Source of the DNA: Parcubacteria group bacterium
GTDB lineage: Bacteria; Patescibacteriota; Minisyncoccia; JACPHC01
Assembly: GCA_016188775.1 (NCBI GenBank)
Contig: JACPHC010000006.1
Location: 618-64,617 of the forward strand
Reading direction: 5' to 3'
Length of the DNA stretch: 64,000 nt
Part shown: one piece after another, positions 29,357-39,849 of the stretch
Numbering within the stretch: position 1 is the stretch's first letter
How the letters are laid out: the number at the start of each line of letters is the position of its first letter
Translations under genes and position numbers: made by a program
Notes under the pieces: model-generated
Told to the model about the DNA's origin: nothing
Seen by the model: only the letters and a program-made list of their open reading frames with translations
Database searches by the model: none

Positions 29357-29522
29357 AAGACCTTTTGCAAAATAATTTTTCGTAACGAAATTCGCAAATT
29401 TCGAGCGAAAATTATGAAGAGCGACGAAGCGTATTTTAATTAAAATACGTTGAGGAGCTCTGAATAATTTGTAGCCGAAATTTGAAGATTGCAGTAGAAA
29501 GAATTATTTTACAAAAGGTCTT
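29357..29522. repeat. MITE-like element
   Basis: AAGACCTTTTGCAAAATAATT ... AATTATTTTACAAAAGGTCTT. Confidence 0.75.
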
Positions 29523-29545
29523 ATAATTATTTTACTTTAAAGGCG

Positions 29546-30052
29546 CTACTTTAACAAGCTAAAAAGCCTGATCGCGGTTTCTTTTAAATCGCCGGTTCGG
29601 CTTTGAAAAAAAGCCGTTTCCCTGCTTTCAGTTTTTATTTCGTCCAAGCGGCTGATTTTTCCGATTTTCAAAAATTGATCAACAATATTTTTATTTTCAG
29701 CTTGAATAAATCCTCTGGGTTCTTTTTTGGCGGTTTCGTAGACAACCAGCTGAGTCTTGGCCGGGATAACGTTGGAAAATTTTTTAAAAATTTCAACCAG
29801 ATGAGAGGGTCCGGTGTTGGTTTTTTGAAAATCTTCGTTTTTTAAAATTGAAAAAAAGAATTTTTTTTGCGGGTGATAGGAAGCGCGGGAGGCGATTCGG
29901 CCGAAAAGACGAAGTAAAGGTTGAGAAATTAAAGAGTTTTCTTCTTGATCGAGATAAAGCATCAGGCACTCGCCTTCTTTTTCATAGCGGACTTTATCAA
30001 TTATCGGCATATTGGCGCCTAATTTGATAATGAGTTTTTCTTGAGTTTCCAT
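29546..30052 (-). CDS. Hypothetical protein (possible degenerate DHH-family derivative)
   Basis: 168-aa ORF; LLRLFGRI motif; family guess is weak. Confidence 0.6.
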   Translation of the reverse strand: METQEKLIIKLGANMPIIDKVRYEKEGECLMLYLDQEENSLISQPLLRLFGRIASRASYHPQKKFFFSILKNEDFQKTNTGPSHLVEIFKKFSNVIPAKTQLVVYETAKKEPRGFIQAENKNIVDQFLKIGKISRLDEIKTESRETAFFQSRTGDLKETAIRLFSLLK

Positions 30053-30204
30053 CTTTGCGTCCTACACTAACGCCGGATTTTTAAGCCGTCAAGTGGATAA
30101 GCGATACGCTTACTAAACTAATTGGACGGCCGTCAAATCAGTTCAGTAAAGTTTGAAATTGATTATCCCTTTTTTTATTATAAATAAATCTGATAAAATT
30201 AATT

Positions 30205-30654
30205 ATGCGTTTAAAAATTATTTCCCAAAACGCGAAAGAGACTCAAAAAATCGCTTTTATTTTAGGCCAAGCAATACGCAAAGAAAAAGGCCGCCGAACT
30301 GCTCGGGTAATCGCCCTGGAGGGCAATTTAGGCAGCGGTAAAACTATTTTTACGCAAGGGTTGGCCAAGGGGTTAAAAGTGAAAGGGCGAGTTCTTTCTC
30401 CGACTTTTATTTTGATGAGGCCGCACCAGTTAGGGAAATTTCAAGGCTGTTTTTATCACATTGACAGTTATCGCTTAAAAGGAGAAACTGATCTTTTAAA
30501 TTTGGATTTTGAAACTATTTTCAAAGAGCCGAAAAATATTATTGTTATTGAATGGCCGGGCCGGGTCAAAAAAATTCTGCCCCAAGACGCGATTTGGATT
30601 AAATTTAAAATAATTGGAAAATTAAAGAGAGAGATTTCTTTTTTAATAAAATAA
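30205..30654 (+). CDS. tsaE: tRNA threonylcarbamoyladenosine biosynthesis ATPase TsaE
   Basis: GNLGSGKT, SPTF, HIDSYRL, IEW. Confidence 0.96.
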   Translation: MRLKIISQNAKETQKIAFILGQAIRKEKGRRTARVIALEGNLGSGKTIFTQGLAKGLKVKGRVLSPTFILMRPHQLGKFQGCFYHIDSYRLKGETDLLNLDFETIFKEPKNIIVIEWPGRVKKILPQDAIWIKFKIIGKLKREISFLIK

Positions 30655-30661
30655 AATCGCT

Positions 30662-33256
30662 ATGCCTAAATTAATTCTAATTGATTCTCACGCCCTGATT
30701 CATCGGGCCTATCACGCCTTGCCGCCTTTGATTACTAAAAAAGGCGAAGTGGTCGGCGCGGTTTACGGTTTTTCCAGTCTTTTGATTAAAATTATTAAAG
30801 AGATGAGACCGGATTATCTGGTCGCGGCTTTTGACAGGCCGGAGCCGACTTTTCGGCACGAAGAATATAAAGAATACAAAGCTCAAAGACCCCCTACGCC
30901 ATCGGATTTGGAATCCCAGTTCGTCGTCGTGAAAGATGTTTTAAGGGCTTTTTCTATTCCGGTTTTGGAAAAATCCGGCTATGAGGCTGACGACATTATC
31001 GGCGCGATTGCCCAGAAAATAAAAAAAGAGAAACCGAATATTGAAATAATTATTTTAAGCGGCGATTTGGATTTGCTTCAATTGGTTGATTCCAACGTTT
31101 CGGTTTTGGCTTTAAAAAAAGGAATTTCCGAGACAATTCTTTACGATCTCAAGGCTATTAAATTAAGATACGACCTTTTACCCGAAGAGTTGGTGGATTA
31201 TAAAGCGTTGGTCGGCGATCCATCCGATAATATTCCCGGGGTTCGAGGCATTGGCCCTAAAAGAGCGACGGAACTCGTTAAAAAATACGGCCCAGTTGAA
31301 AATATGAAAGATTTTTTGAAAGAGGAAGAATACAAAATAGCTCTTTTTTCAAAAAAATTAACCAAGATAAATCGAGACGTTCCGATGGAATTTGACTTGG
31401 AAAAAGCGCGTTTTTCTTTGACGGTCACAACCAAAATTAAAGAAATTTTTCACGAATTAGGCTTTAAAACATTAATGGCGCGCCTGGAGCCTCAAAAAAC
31501 GCTTTTTGAGATAAATCAAGAAAAAATGGCTGGTCAAAAAAATAACGGGCTAAAAAATGAATTTAGACCGCTGGGAAGTGAAAATATCCAGGATTTCGCA
31601 AACACGGCTAAAAAACGGGGGAATTTACTAATTATTTACGATGAAAAGGAGGCGGAATTTTTTGTTTCAGCGGATAATCAAAATTTTTTCCAGTTGGATA
31701 AAAATAATGCCACTTTTGATAAAAGAGTTTTAGAAATTATTTGGCCATTATTAAAAGATGAAAAAATCGAAAAATGGGGCTGGGATTTAAAGCCGTTTTT
31801 GAAGATAATAATGAAGCCAAACGAGCCAAGCAACGATTTTTTGTCATGGTTGGACAAGAATCGGTTTATTGATCTTAAAATCGTTGCCTGGCTTTTAGAT
31901 TCGGGCCGGAGATCTTACAATTTAAAAGAAATTTTATCGTTTGAAACCGGCCAAGAAACTTATGAAGGACTTTTGATTTTGAAAAATATTTTTTTGGCCA
32001 ATATCAAAAAATTGGGATTGGAAAAAGTTTTTTTTGAAATTGAGACGCCTCTTATTCCGATTTTAGCTAAAATGGAAAACCGGGGGATTTCAGTCAATCA
32101 AAAGCAACTGGCCCAAATGGCTCAAAAATTTGAAAAAGAAACAGCTGATTTAAAAAATAAAATTTTTTATCTGGCCGGCGGCAATTTTAATCCCAATTCC
32201 GGCCGGGAACTCAAAGAGGTTCTTTTTGAACGTTTAAAAATTTCAAAAGCCGGACTTAAAAAGACTCCCAAAGGAGAAATTTCCGTCGCGGCCGATGAAC
32301 TTTTAAAACTGGAACAGGCGCATCCGATTGTTCCTTTGATGTTAAAATTGCGGGAGTTGACGAAATTAAAATCCACCTATATCGACCCTTTGCCTGATTT
32401 AATAGATAAAAAAGATAATCGGATCCATACCGCATTTTTTCAGACAGGCACCGCCACCGGTCGGTTGAGTTCGGCCAGTCCCAATTTGCAGAATTTGCCG
32501 GCTCGTTCGGAATTTTCAAAAGATATCAGGAGTATTTTTGAAGCCAGTCCGGGTTTTGAGTTCGCGGCTTTTGATTATTCCCAGCTTGAACTTCGCATTA
32601 TCGCTTCTTTGGCCAATGATGAAAAAATGATCGCCGCTTTTAAAAAAAACGAAGATATTCATGTCCGAGTGGCGGCGGAAATTAATAATGTTCCCGTTGA
32701 GAAAGTGAGCGGCCAGATGCGTCAGGCGGCCAAAGCCCTGAATTTCGGCTTGATTTACGGCATGGGGATTTTAGGCTTTGCCAAAAGCGCCGGCATTTCC
32801 CGGGAGGAAGCCGAGTCTTTTATGGCCGAATATTTCGCTGATTTTGCCGGCCTCGCCCATTATATTGAATTTTTTAAAGAAGAAGCGCGTAAAAACGGAT
32901 TGGCCAGAACCGTTTTTGGGCGGGTTCGATTTTTGCCGGAGATTAATTCGCCTCGGGAAAATTTACGGAAAGAAGCGGAGCGAATGGCCGTGAATATGTC
33001 GGTGCAGGGACTGGCCGCGGATATAATGAAGCTCGGCATGAATAAAATCGAACAACAATTGGGCGGATCCGAGGAAGTATTTTTGATTCTTCAAATTCAC
33101 GACGAATTGGTGTTTGAAATAAAATCTGATAAAATAAAAGAAAATGTCGCCATTATCAAAAATATAATGGAGAATATCTATGATTTGAAATCCGGTCTTA
33201 AGGTTGATATCGAATCCGGCAATAATTTAGGAAATTTAAAAAGCGTAAATATATGA
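30662..33256 (+). CDS. polA: DNA polymerase I
   Basis: 5'-3' exonuclease (YEADD, GDPSDNIPGV); polymerase motifs TGRLSS, DYSQLELR, QIHDEL. Confidence 0.97.
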   Translation: MPKLILIDSHALIHRAYHALPPLITKKGEVVGAVYGFSSLLIKIIKEMRPDYLVAAFDRPEPTFRHEEYKEYKAQRPPTPSDLESQFVVVKDVLRAFSIPVLEKSGYEADDIIGAIAQKIKKEKPNIEIIILSGDLDLLQLVDSNVSVLALKKGISETILYDLKAIKLRYDLLPEELVDYKALVGDPSDNIPGVRGIGPKRATELVKKYGPVENMKDFLKEEEYKIALFSKKLTKINRDVPMEFDLEKARFSLTVTTKIKEIFHELGFKTLMARLEPQKTLFEINQEKMAGQKNNGLKNEFRPLGSENIQDFANTAKKRGNLLIIYDEKEAEFFVSADNQNFFQLDKNNATFDKRVLEIIWPLLKDEKIEKWGWDLKPFLKIIMKPNEPSNDFLSWLDKNRFIDLKIVAWLLDSGRRSYNLKEILSFETGQETYEGLLILKNIFLANIKKLGLEKVFFEIETPLIPILAKMENRGISVNQKQLAQMAQKFEKETADLKNKIFYLAGGNFNPNSGRELKEVLFERLKISKAGLKKTPKGEISVAADELLKLEQAHPIVPLMLKLRELTKLKSTYIDPLPDLIDKKDNRIHTAFFQTGTATGRLSSASPNLQNLPARSEFSKDIRSIFEASPGFEFAAFDYSQLELRIIASLANDEKMIAAFKKNEDIHVRVAAEINNVPVEKVSGQMRQAAKALNFGLIYGMGILGFAKSAGISREEAESFMAEYFADFAGLAHYIEFFKEEARKNGLARTVFGRVRFLPEINSPRENLRKEAERMAVNMSVQGLAADIMKLGMNKIEQQLGGSEEVFLILQIHDELVFEIKSDKIKENVAIIKNIMENIYDLKSGLKVDIESGNNLGNLKSVNI

Positions 33257-33660
33257 CAAAAAACATTATTTTAATTTTAGCGATTATTTTGGTTGTCGGC
33301 GGTTTGGGTTATTACAGTTTTTACGGCTCATCGTCTTCGCCGTCTTCTTCCGCGACGACTCCTTTGACAAGCCCGGAATCCTCCGCTAAAGAATGGAATG
33401 TTATTTACGAGAATAATAAATTTAATCCCGATTCTCTGAAAATTAAATTCGGAGATATTGTTATTTTTGAAAATCTCGGCGATTTTCCAATGTGGCCGGC
33501 TTCCAATCCTCATCCGGCTCACAGCGATTTGGCCGGCTTTGACGCTCTTCGAGGCTATATTCAAAACGAATCTTATAAATTTGTTTTTACTCAAAAAGGC
33601 GCTTGGAGCTATCACAATCATTTAAATCCCGAAGCCGGCGGTAAAATCATCGTGGAATAA
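33253..33660 (+). CDS. Membrane-anchored plastocyanin/cupredoxin-fold protein
   Basis: FNPDSLKIKFGD, WPASNPHPAH, YHNHL; no Cys ligand. Confidence 0.8.
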   Translation: MTKNIILILAIILVVGGLGYYSFYGSSSSPSSSATTPLTSPESSAKEWNVIYENNKFNPDSLKIKFGDIVIFENLGDFPMWPASNPHPAHSDLAGFDALRGYIQNESYKFVFTQKGAWSYHNHLNPEAGGKIIVE

Positions 33661-33696
33661 TGCGTAAGAATTAACAGCGTTATTTACATCATAATA

Positions 33697-33840
33697 TCGT
33701 CTTTGATAATTCGCCAAGAAAACCCTTCGCGGGCCGAGCGGGCATGGTTTCGCCAAAGGCGAAGAGCGAGGCCGAGATGGAGCGCAATTTCCCGCCGGGG
33801 AAATTGATAGCGTGTTTTCGAGCGAATCGTCAAAAGCGAT
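33697..33840. repeat. MITE-like element
   Basis: TCG.CTTTGA.AATTCGC..AGAAAAC ... GTTTTCGAGCGAATCGTCAAAAGCGAT imperfect IR. Confidence 0.6.
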
Positions 33841-33884
33841 AGAATATTTAAAAATGAAAACAGCGCTATGAAATTTTACAAATA

Positions 33885-35135
33885 ATGCAAATTCTTTTAA
33901 CCATCGCTCCTCTGATTTTAGGGGCGGCTATTATATTTTCCGGCATTCTTTTTTTGGTTTTTCTGCTTTTATTTTTTCGCAGCGTCAATAAGCGTGAACG
34001 GGTTATTAAAACCGAGAGAGATTTTTTTGAAAATTTGATTGACAGCCTTGAAGACGGCGCGATTTTTATTAATCGGGAGAATAAAATGACGGTTATTAAC
34101 AAAACCTCGGAATCGCTTTTAGAAATTCAAAGAGCCGATACTTTAGGCCTGGATATTGAAGCCGAAATTTTGGAAAGAGAGAAATTTCGCACGCTTCGCC
34201 AAGTTTTAACTCCGGCCTTGGCTTCTTCTTTTCGAATCCTTTCAAAATCGGAAGATAGAGAGGAGATAGTTGAAATTTTAATCAAAGAGCCCCGGGAAAA
34301 AACTTTTTTAGTCACGAGTTTGCCGATTTACGCGGCTGGGACAGCTGATCGGATCGGATACTTAAAAATTATTAGAGACATATCTCGGGAAAAAGCCCTG
34401 GAGCGGGTGCGTTCGGAATTCATTACTATCGCCGCTCATCAGCTTCGGACGCCTCTCGCGGCCATTAAATGGTCTTTAAAAATGCTTCTTGATGAAGATT
34501 TGGGAGGTATAAGCGGCGAGCAAAAAGACATTCTTCAAAAAGGCTATGATTCCAATGATCGAATGATTCAACTGGTTTCCGAGCTTTTAGACGCGGCCAG
34601 AATCGAGGAGGGCCGGTTCGGCTACGAATTCATCGAAACTGATTTTATTTCTTTTATGGAAGATGTTGTTAATAATTTAAAAAAACAAGCCGAAGAAGCC
34701 GGCGTAAAACTTTTTTTGCGTAAACCTAAAGAATCAATTCGGCCGATTAAATTTGATCCGAATAAATTAAGACTGGTGGTGGAAAATTTGATCGATAACG
34801 CGATTCGTTACACCTTGTCGGGCGGCCAGATTGATGTTATGATTGAAAAAGACCCCTCTTTTATTAAAGTTAAAATCGAAGATACGGGAGTGGGTATTCC
34901 GGCTCATCAATTAAGCCGCCTTTTTACGAAATTTTTCCGCGGCGAAAATGTTATGCGGCTTCAGACTGAAGGCAGCGGCCTTGGGCTTTTCATTTCCAAA
35001 AATATTATCGAAGGACATAACGGAGAAATTTGGGCCGAATCTCAGGAAGGCAAAGGCAGCAGTTTTTATTTCACGATTCCAATCGAATCCCAGATGACTT
35101 CCAAAAAGGGCGTTTCTTTTGGTAAAATTGTGTAG
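33885..35135 (+). CDS. Sensor histidine kinase (TM-PAS-HisKA-HATPase)
   Basis: AAHQLRTPL, NLIDNAIRY, DTGVGI, GSGLGL. Confidence 0.95.
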   Translation: MQILLTIAPLILGAAIIFSGILFLVFLLLFFRSVNKRERVIKTERDFFENLIDSLEDGAIFINRENKMTVINKTSESLLEIQRADTLGLDIEAEILEREKFRTLRQVLTPALASSFRILSKSEDREEIVEILIKEPREKTFLVTSLPIYAAGTADRIGYLKIIRDISREKALERVRSEFITIAAHQLRTPLAAIKWSLKMLLDEDLGGISGEQKDILQKGYDSNDRMIQLVSELLDAARIEEGRFGYEFIETDFISFMEDVVNNLKKQAEEAGVKLFLRKPKESIRPIKFDPNKLRLVVENLIDNAIRYTLSGGQIDVMIEKDPSFIKVKIEDTGVGIPAHQLSRLFTKFFRGENVMRLQTEGSGLGLFISKNIIEGHNGEIWAESQEGKGSSFYFTIPIESQMTSKKGVSFGKIV

Positions 35136-35163
35136 TGGAAAAATATATGATATAATTTCAAAT

Positions 35164-35946
35164 ATGCCGAAACGGATACTTATTATAGAAGACGAGGAAA
35201 TACTTCTCGACCTTTTGCAAAATAAATTGGAAAAGTCCGGCTACGAAGTAATGGCCGCGCGAGACGGAATGGAGGGCCTTTCGGCCATGGAAAAAGAAAA
35301 ACCGGATTTGATTCTGCTCGATATCCTGATGCCGGTAATGAACGGAATGGAGGTTTTGAAAATAATGCATCGGAATAAAATTTTGTCCGAGATTCCCGTC
35401 ATCATTCTTTCCAATTCGGGACAGGAAGTGGAAGTGGATGAAGCCGTCAAATTAGGCGCGAAAGATTATTTAATCAAGGCGGAATTTGACCCCGACGAAG
35501 TTTTGGAAAAAGTTAAAAAACAATTAAGCGAAGATCCAATGCCCAACGAAGAAAAATTGCCAACCGAATCAACGCGTATTTTGCTCGTTGAAGACGACAA
35601 GTTTTTGCGCGATTTAATTTCGCAAAAATTAATTAAAGAGGGATTTAATTTGTCCGTGGCCATTGACGGCGAAGAAGGATTGAAAAAAACCTTGGAAGAA
35701 AAGCCTCAATTGGTTCTGCTGGATATTATTTTGCCCGGCATAGACGGTTTTGAAGTTTTAAGCAAAATTCGCGCCAACGCCGAAACGGCCAAAACGCCGG
35801 TGATTCTTTTGTCTAATCTCGGAGCCAAAGATGATGTTGAGAGGGGATTGCAGTTGGGCGCGGACGATTATATGATCAAGGCTCATTTCACGCCCGGGGA
35901 AATTATCGCCAAAGTGAAAAATATCATCCAATTGAAGCATTCGTAA
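35164..35946 (+). CDS. Tandem two-receiver response regulator without output domain
   Basis: Two REC domains, each with ED, LLDI, LSN, DYxIK; ATG 35164 preferred. Confidence 0.9.
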   Translation: MPKRILIIEDEEILLDLLQNKLEKSGYEVMAARDGMEGLSAMEKEKPDLILLDILMPVMNGMEVLKIMHRNKILSEIPVIILSNSGQEVEVDEAVKLGAKDYLIKAEFDPDEVLEKVKKQLSEDPMPNEEKLPTESTRILLVEDDKFLRDLISQKLIKEGFNLSVAIDGEEGLKKTLEEKPQLVLLDIILPGIDGFEVLSKIRANAETAKTPVILLSNLGAKDDVERGLQLGADDYMIKAHFTPGEIIAKVKNIIQLKHS

Positions 35947-35954
35947 AAAGTTTT

Positions 35955-36830
35955 ATGCCCGAGTTGCCAGAAGTGGAAACAATCGTTCGGGATTTAAAGA
36001 AAAAAATCATCGGCCGGAAAATTATCGACGCTTGGGTCGATACGCCGAAATTGATCAAAAATCCGAAAAATTTTTCCGATTTTAAAGAAAAAATAAAAAA
36101 CAGAAAAATTCTGGACGCTTGGCGAAGAGGCAAGAATATTATTTTAAGTTTATCGGGCGGAAAAACTTTATTGATTCATCAGAAAATGACCGGCCATCTT
36201 TTGGTGGGTCAATGGAAATGGCAAAAAAATAATTGGCAGCCAATTGGCGACGGCTATCTTAAAGAAAAGGTGAACAATTATATTCATCTTTTATTTTTTT
36301 TAGATGACAACCGGATGTTCGCGTTGTCGGACGTAAGAAAATTTGCCAAAGCGATTTTAATTGATTCGGAAAACTTAAATCAACTTTCGGATATAAAAAA
36401 TCTCGGTCCGGAGCCGCTGGATAAAAAATTTACTTTTGCTAAATTCAAAGAAAGATTAAAAAATAAAAAAGGAAAAATTAAACAAATTTTATTGAATCAG
36501 GAAATTATCGCCGGATTGGGCAATATTTACGCCGACGAAACTTTGTTCTTGGCTCGCCTTCATCCAACGCGGCGACTGGAGAGCCTAAATAACGCAGAGC
36601 TGGCGCGGATTTATAAATCCAGCCGATTGGTTTTAAAAAAAGCCATCCGTTTGAGGGGAACTTCCATCAGCGATTACCGCGATACCGCGGGCAAACCCGG
36701 CGGCTATGATAAAGTCCGCTTGGTTTATCGCAGAGAAGGCGAAAAATGCCCCAGGCCTTGCCAAGGTCTGGTTCAACGGATTAAAATCGGAAACAGATCC
36801 GCTCATTTTTGCCCAAAATGCCAGAAATAA
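35955..36830 (+). CDS. mutM: Formamidopyrimidine-DNA glycosylase
   Basis: MPELPEVE, GLGNIYADE, C-terminal zinc finger FCPKCQK. Confidence 0.97.
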   Translation: MPELPEVETIVRDLKKKIIGRKIIDAWVDTPKLIKNPKNFSDFKEKIKNRKILDAWRRGKNIILSLSGGKTLLIHQKMTGHLLVGQWKWQKNNWQPIGDGYLKEKVNNYIHLLFFLDDNRMFALSDVRKFAKAILIDSENLNQLSDIKNLGPEPLDKKFTFAKFKERLKNKKGKIKQILLNQEIIAGLGNIYADETLFLARLHPTRRLESLNNAELARIYKSSRLVLKKAIRLRGTSISDYRDTAGKPGGYDKVRLVYRREGEKCPRPCQGLVQRIKIGNRSAHFCPKCQK

Positions 36831-36831
36831 A

Positions 36832-36860
36832 TAATTTACGAGGCTTAGCCTCGTAAATTA
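36832..36860. terminator. Perfect hairpin directly after mutM
   Basis: TAATTTACGAGGCT-T-AGCCTCGTAAATTA. Confidence 0.55.
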
Positions 36861-36897
36861 ATATTTTTTCAAACTTATCTCATCATCTTTAATTTAA

Positions 36898-37827
36898 ATG
36901 CTTTATTTTCTTTACGGCGAGGACTCGTACCGGGCTCGCCAAAAATTAAACGAAATTATCAACGAATATCAAAAGAAAAATTCCGGCCTTTTGAATTTTT
37001 CCCGTTTTGATCTCGAAGAAGATCTTATAAATAAAATTTTTGATGAGTCGCGGAATGCCAATTTATTGGGTAAAAAATTAACGGTTGTTGAAAATATTTC
37101 TTTTTTACCGAAAAATTTCGAGGAAAAATTTATCAAAACTTTGGATTTTTTAAAAAACGATAAAGAAATAATTATTGTTTTATTTGAGCCTGGGAAACTG
37201 GACGCTAAAAAGAAAATCTTTAAAGAGCTGAAAGAAATCGCTAAAAATCAGGAATTTAAAAAAATAACCGGCCGAGAATTGGCGGTTTGGACCAAAAAAG
37301 AAATTAAAGCCGAAGGAGGCGAGATTGACAGCCAAGTCCTTGATCTACTGATCGGACTTTTTCAGAACTCATGGGAAATCGCTTCGGAGATTAAAAAACT
37401 TGTCAATTATTCGCCGAAAATCAGCGAAGAGAGTATTTTAACTTTGTCGCAGAATCGAGCGGAGGTCAGCGTTTTTAAATTCATTGATTCGATACTGGCA
37501 AAACAAAAATATCAGTCTTTAATTTTATTGGAAAAAATTTTAAAAAATGGAGAATCGGAGCTTAATGTTTTGGGTCTTTTGGCTTATTATTTTCGCAATC
37601 TTTTAAGATTAAATTCTTTAAATCAAAAAGGATTGAGCGGGCGAGAAGCGGCGGCCGCGGCCGGTCTTCATCCCTACGCCGCTTCCAAAATGACCGCGGC
37701 TTTTAGATTTTTCGGCCTTCAAGAATTAAAAAAATTCTATTCTCAAATTTTGAAAATAGAATTTTTGATTAAAAGCGGTCAAATCGATCCTCGCGACGGT
37801 CTTTGGCAGTTCTTGCTTGATGTTTAA
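36898..37827 (+). CDS. holA: DNA polymerase III delta subunit
   Basis: YFLYGEDSY, EIKKL, GLHPY, IKSG; adjacent to rpsT. Confidence 0.92.
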   Translation: MLYFLYGEDSYRARQKLNEIINEYQKKNSGLLNFSRFDLEEDLINKIFDESRNANLLGKKLTVVENISFLPKNFEEKFIKTLDFLKNDKEIIIVLFEPGKLDAKKKIFKELKEIAKNQEFKKITGRELAVWTKKEIKAEGGEIDSQVLDLLIGLFQNSWEIASEIKKLVNYSPKISEESILTLSQNRAEVSVFKFIDSILAKQKYQSLILLEKILKNGESELNVLGLLAYYFRNLLRLNSLNQKGLSGREAAAAAGLHPYAASKMTAAFRFFGLQELKKFYSQILKIEFLIKSGQIDPRDGLWQFLLDV

Positions 37828-37883
37828 AAATTTACTTTATTATGTGCTCGTTTAATATTTTATGACTGACGATGCTGTTAAAA

Positions 37884-37975
37884 TGTCATTGCGAGCGACC
37901 GAAGGAAGCGAAGCAATCTCAAAAACTCGCATAAATATAAGATTGCCACGGCGTCTTCGACGCCTCGCAATGACA
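37884..37975. repeat. REPIN-like inverted pair (family A)
   Basis: TGTCATTGCGAG...GCAATCT ... AGATTGC...CTCGCAATGACA. Confidence 0.88.
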
Positions 37976-38009
37976 AAAAGCGAATTCTCTAATGGTTTGC
38001 GGAATAAGT

Positions 38010-38276
38010 CTATTTGACTGATTTATTCAAAGAAAGCGAGAGACGGGACTTTAAACGGCTGGCTCGGTTTTTTTTAATGAGATTAATTTTGGCGGATTTA
38101 TCCAAGATTTTAAAAACCGCTGGTAAATTTTTTTTAGCCTCGGCTATTTTTTTGCCTTTAACGAAAGAGCGAAAAATCTTGATCGCGTCTTTAAGGGCGT
38201 TTAATTTCTTTAAATTTTTTATTCTGTTTCTTTGGCTTTTTCTTAAAGCTTTTTTGGCTGATTTTGTGATTGGCAT
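38010..38276 (-). CDS. rpsT: 30S ribosomal protein S20
   Basis: MPITKSAKKALR, LDKSAK, KKNRASRLKSRL. Confidence 0.97.
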   Translation of the reverse strand: MPITKSAKKALRKSQRNRIKNLKKLNALKDAIKIFRSFVKGKKIAEAKKNLPAVFKILDKSAKINLIKKNRASRLKSRLSLSLNKSVK

Positions 38277-38295
38277 ATTTGTTAAAATAATGATA

Positions 38296-38390
38296 AATAA
38301 GTATCCTTAGAAATTTTTGAGGTCGAGGCGCTTTAATGAAATTATATAATCCGCCGAGGGTACCTAAAAATTTTTAGGATACTTATTGAA
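38296..38390 (+). repeat. ~95-bp element, family B
   Basis: Near-identical to 39734-39828; terminal IR AATAAGTATCCT/AGGATACTTATT. Confidence 0.9.
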
Positions 38391-38473
38391 AATATCATAT
38401 TCCAAAATAGGAAGTCAAATCAATCAAATTCGTAAATTTTGTTTGCAAAATAAAATTATGGTATAATTTTTAT

Positions 38474-39715
38474 ATGGAACAAAATCCAATGCCCCAAAAC
38501 TTAACTAATCAAACCGAAGCCAGATGGCGCTATTTGTTTGTTATTTTGGCTATTTTGCTTTTTCTTATTTTTATAGGTGGCCTTTTTTGGATTTTTACGG
38601 TTTTCAAGGGTTCGCCCATAGGTTTGGGCTGGTTTTTATTCAGTTTTGCCGCCGGGCTTTCAATGATCGTTCTTCCTTGCACTTTGCCTTTGGCCTTTGT
38701 GATCGTGCCTCTTTCAATGGGCAAGGGCTACGTCAAGGGATTTTTAATCGCCTTGAGTTTTGGTTTGGGCGTGGCCATTACTTTAAGTTTTTACGGGGTT
38801 TTGGCCGCGATTTTAGGCAAGGCGATTTTGGGAGCGGCGGCTGGAATCGAGGTGGTTAAAAATATTTTTTACGTTATTGCCGGTATTTTCGCCATTATTT
38901 TTTCTTTGGGCGAGCTGGGATTTTTAAAAATTCGTCTGCCGAGCTACACGGGCGCGGCCCCGGGGTTTATTCAAAGAAAAAATGATATTTTGAAAGCTTT
39001 GCTTTTGGGGCTGTTTTTGGGTAATATCGGCATTGGCTGTCCGCATCCGGCCACCCCGATTATTTTGGGGCAAATTGGCATCGTGGGCAATGTTTTTTAC
39101 GGCTGGCTTTTATTTTTTATTCACGCTATTGGCCGAATCATTCCGCTTTTACTGCTCGCGGTTTTAGGAATTTTGGGCATTAACGCGACCAAGGGCTTGC
39201 TCAAGCATAAAGACGCGATTGGCCGAGCCACGGCTTGGGGAATGGTTTTTGTCGGCGCTTTTCTTTTCACTTTGGGATTTTTTTCTCACGATTGGTGGGT
39301 CGCCTCCGGCACTCATTCGCTTTTGGAAGTTGTGACACAAGAAGAGCGGATTATTGATATTTTAGGCCAACGCTTAGGAGCCGGCCGCGGTCATGCCCAC
39401 GGTTTTGAAGAAATCATTGGCAAGGCCGGATTTTTCGGATTGCCGTTATGGCTGGGCAACTGGGTTTTTGTAGCTTTGATGGTTATTCCTATCTGGTGGC
39501 ATTGGCGGCGGGAAAAAAAACGAGTGGCGATTTTGCCGGAGCCGGAAAAAATCAATGAGAACAAGGTATTATTATGGAAAAAATGGTTTTTTATCGCTCT
39601 GACCATTCTTTTAGCCGTCTTATTTATTTGGGCGATTCCTCTTTGGTTCCGGCATCAGGCTGACGAACATAAGGAGATGATTGATAATCACGTTGGCCGG
39701 ATTGAAAATAAATAA
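38474..39715 (+). CDS. CcdA/DsbD-type transmembrane disulfide reductase
   Basis: LPCTLP and GCPHP membrane Cys pair; ~9 TM; HAH motif. Confidence 0.85.
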   Translation: MEQNPMPQNLTNQTEARWRYLFVILAILLFLIFIGGLFWIFTVFKGSPIGLGWFLFSFAAGLSMIVLPCTLPLAFVIVPLSMGKGYVKGFLIALSFGLGVAITLSFYGVLAAILGKAILGAAAGIEVVKNIFYVIAGIFAIIFSLGELGFLKIRLPSYTGAAPGFIQRKNDILKALLLGLFLGNIGIGCPHPATPIILGQIGIVGNVFYGWLLFFIHAIGRIIPLLLLAVLGILGINATKGLLKHKDAIGRATAWGMVFVGAFLFTLGFFSHDWWVASGTHSLLEVVTQEERIIDILGQRLGAGRGHAHGFEEIIGKAGFFGLPLWLGNWVFVALMVIPIWWHWRREKKRVAILPEPEKINENKVLLWKKWFFIALTILLAVLFIWAIPLWFRHQADEHKEMIDNHVGRIENK

Positions 39716-39733
39716 TTTTTAGTTTTTTAATTT

Positions 39734-39828
39734 AATAAGTATTCTAAAAAATTTTTGAGGTCGAGGCGCTTTAATGAAATTATATAATCCGCCGAGGGTA
39801 CCTAAAAATTTTTAGGATACTTATTGAA
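39734..39828 (+). repeat. ~95-bp element, family B
   Basis: Direct-repeat copy of 38296-38390. Confidence 0.9.
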
Positions 39829-39849
39829 CATTATTTTATCAAAAAGTTT

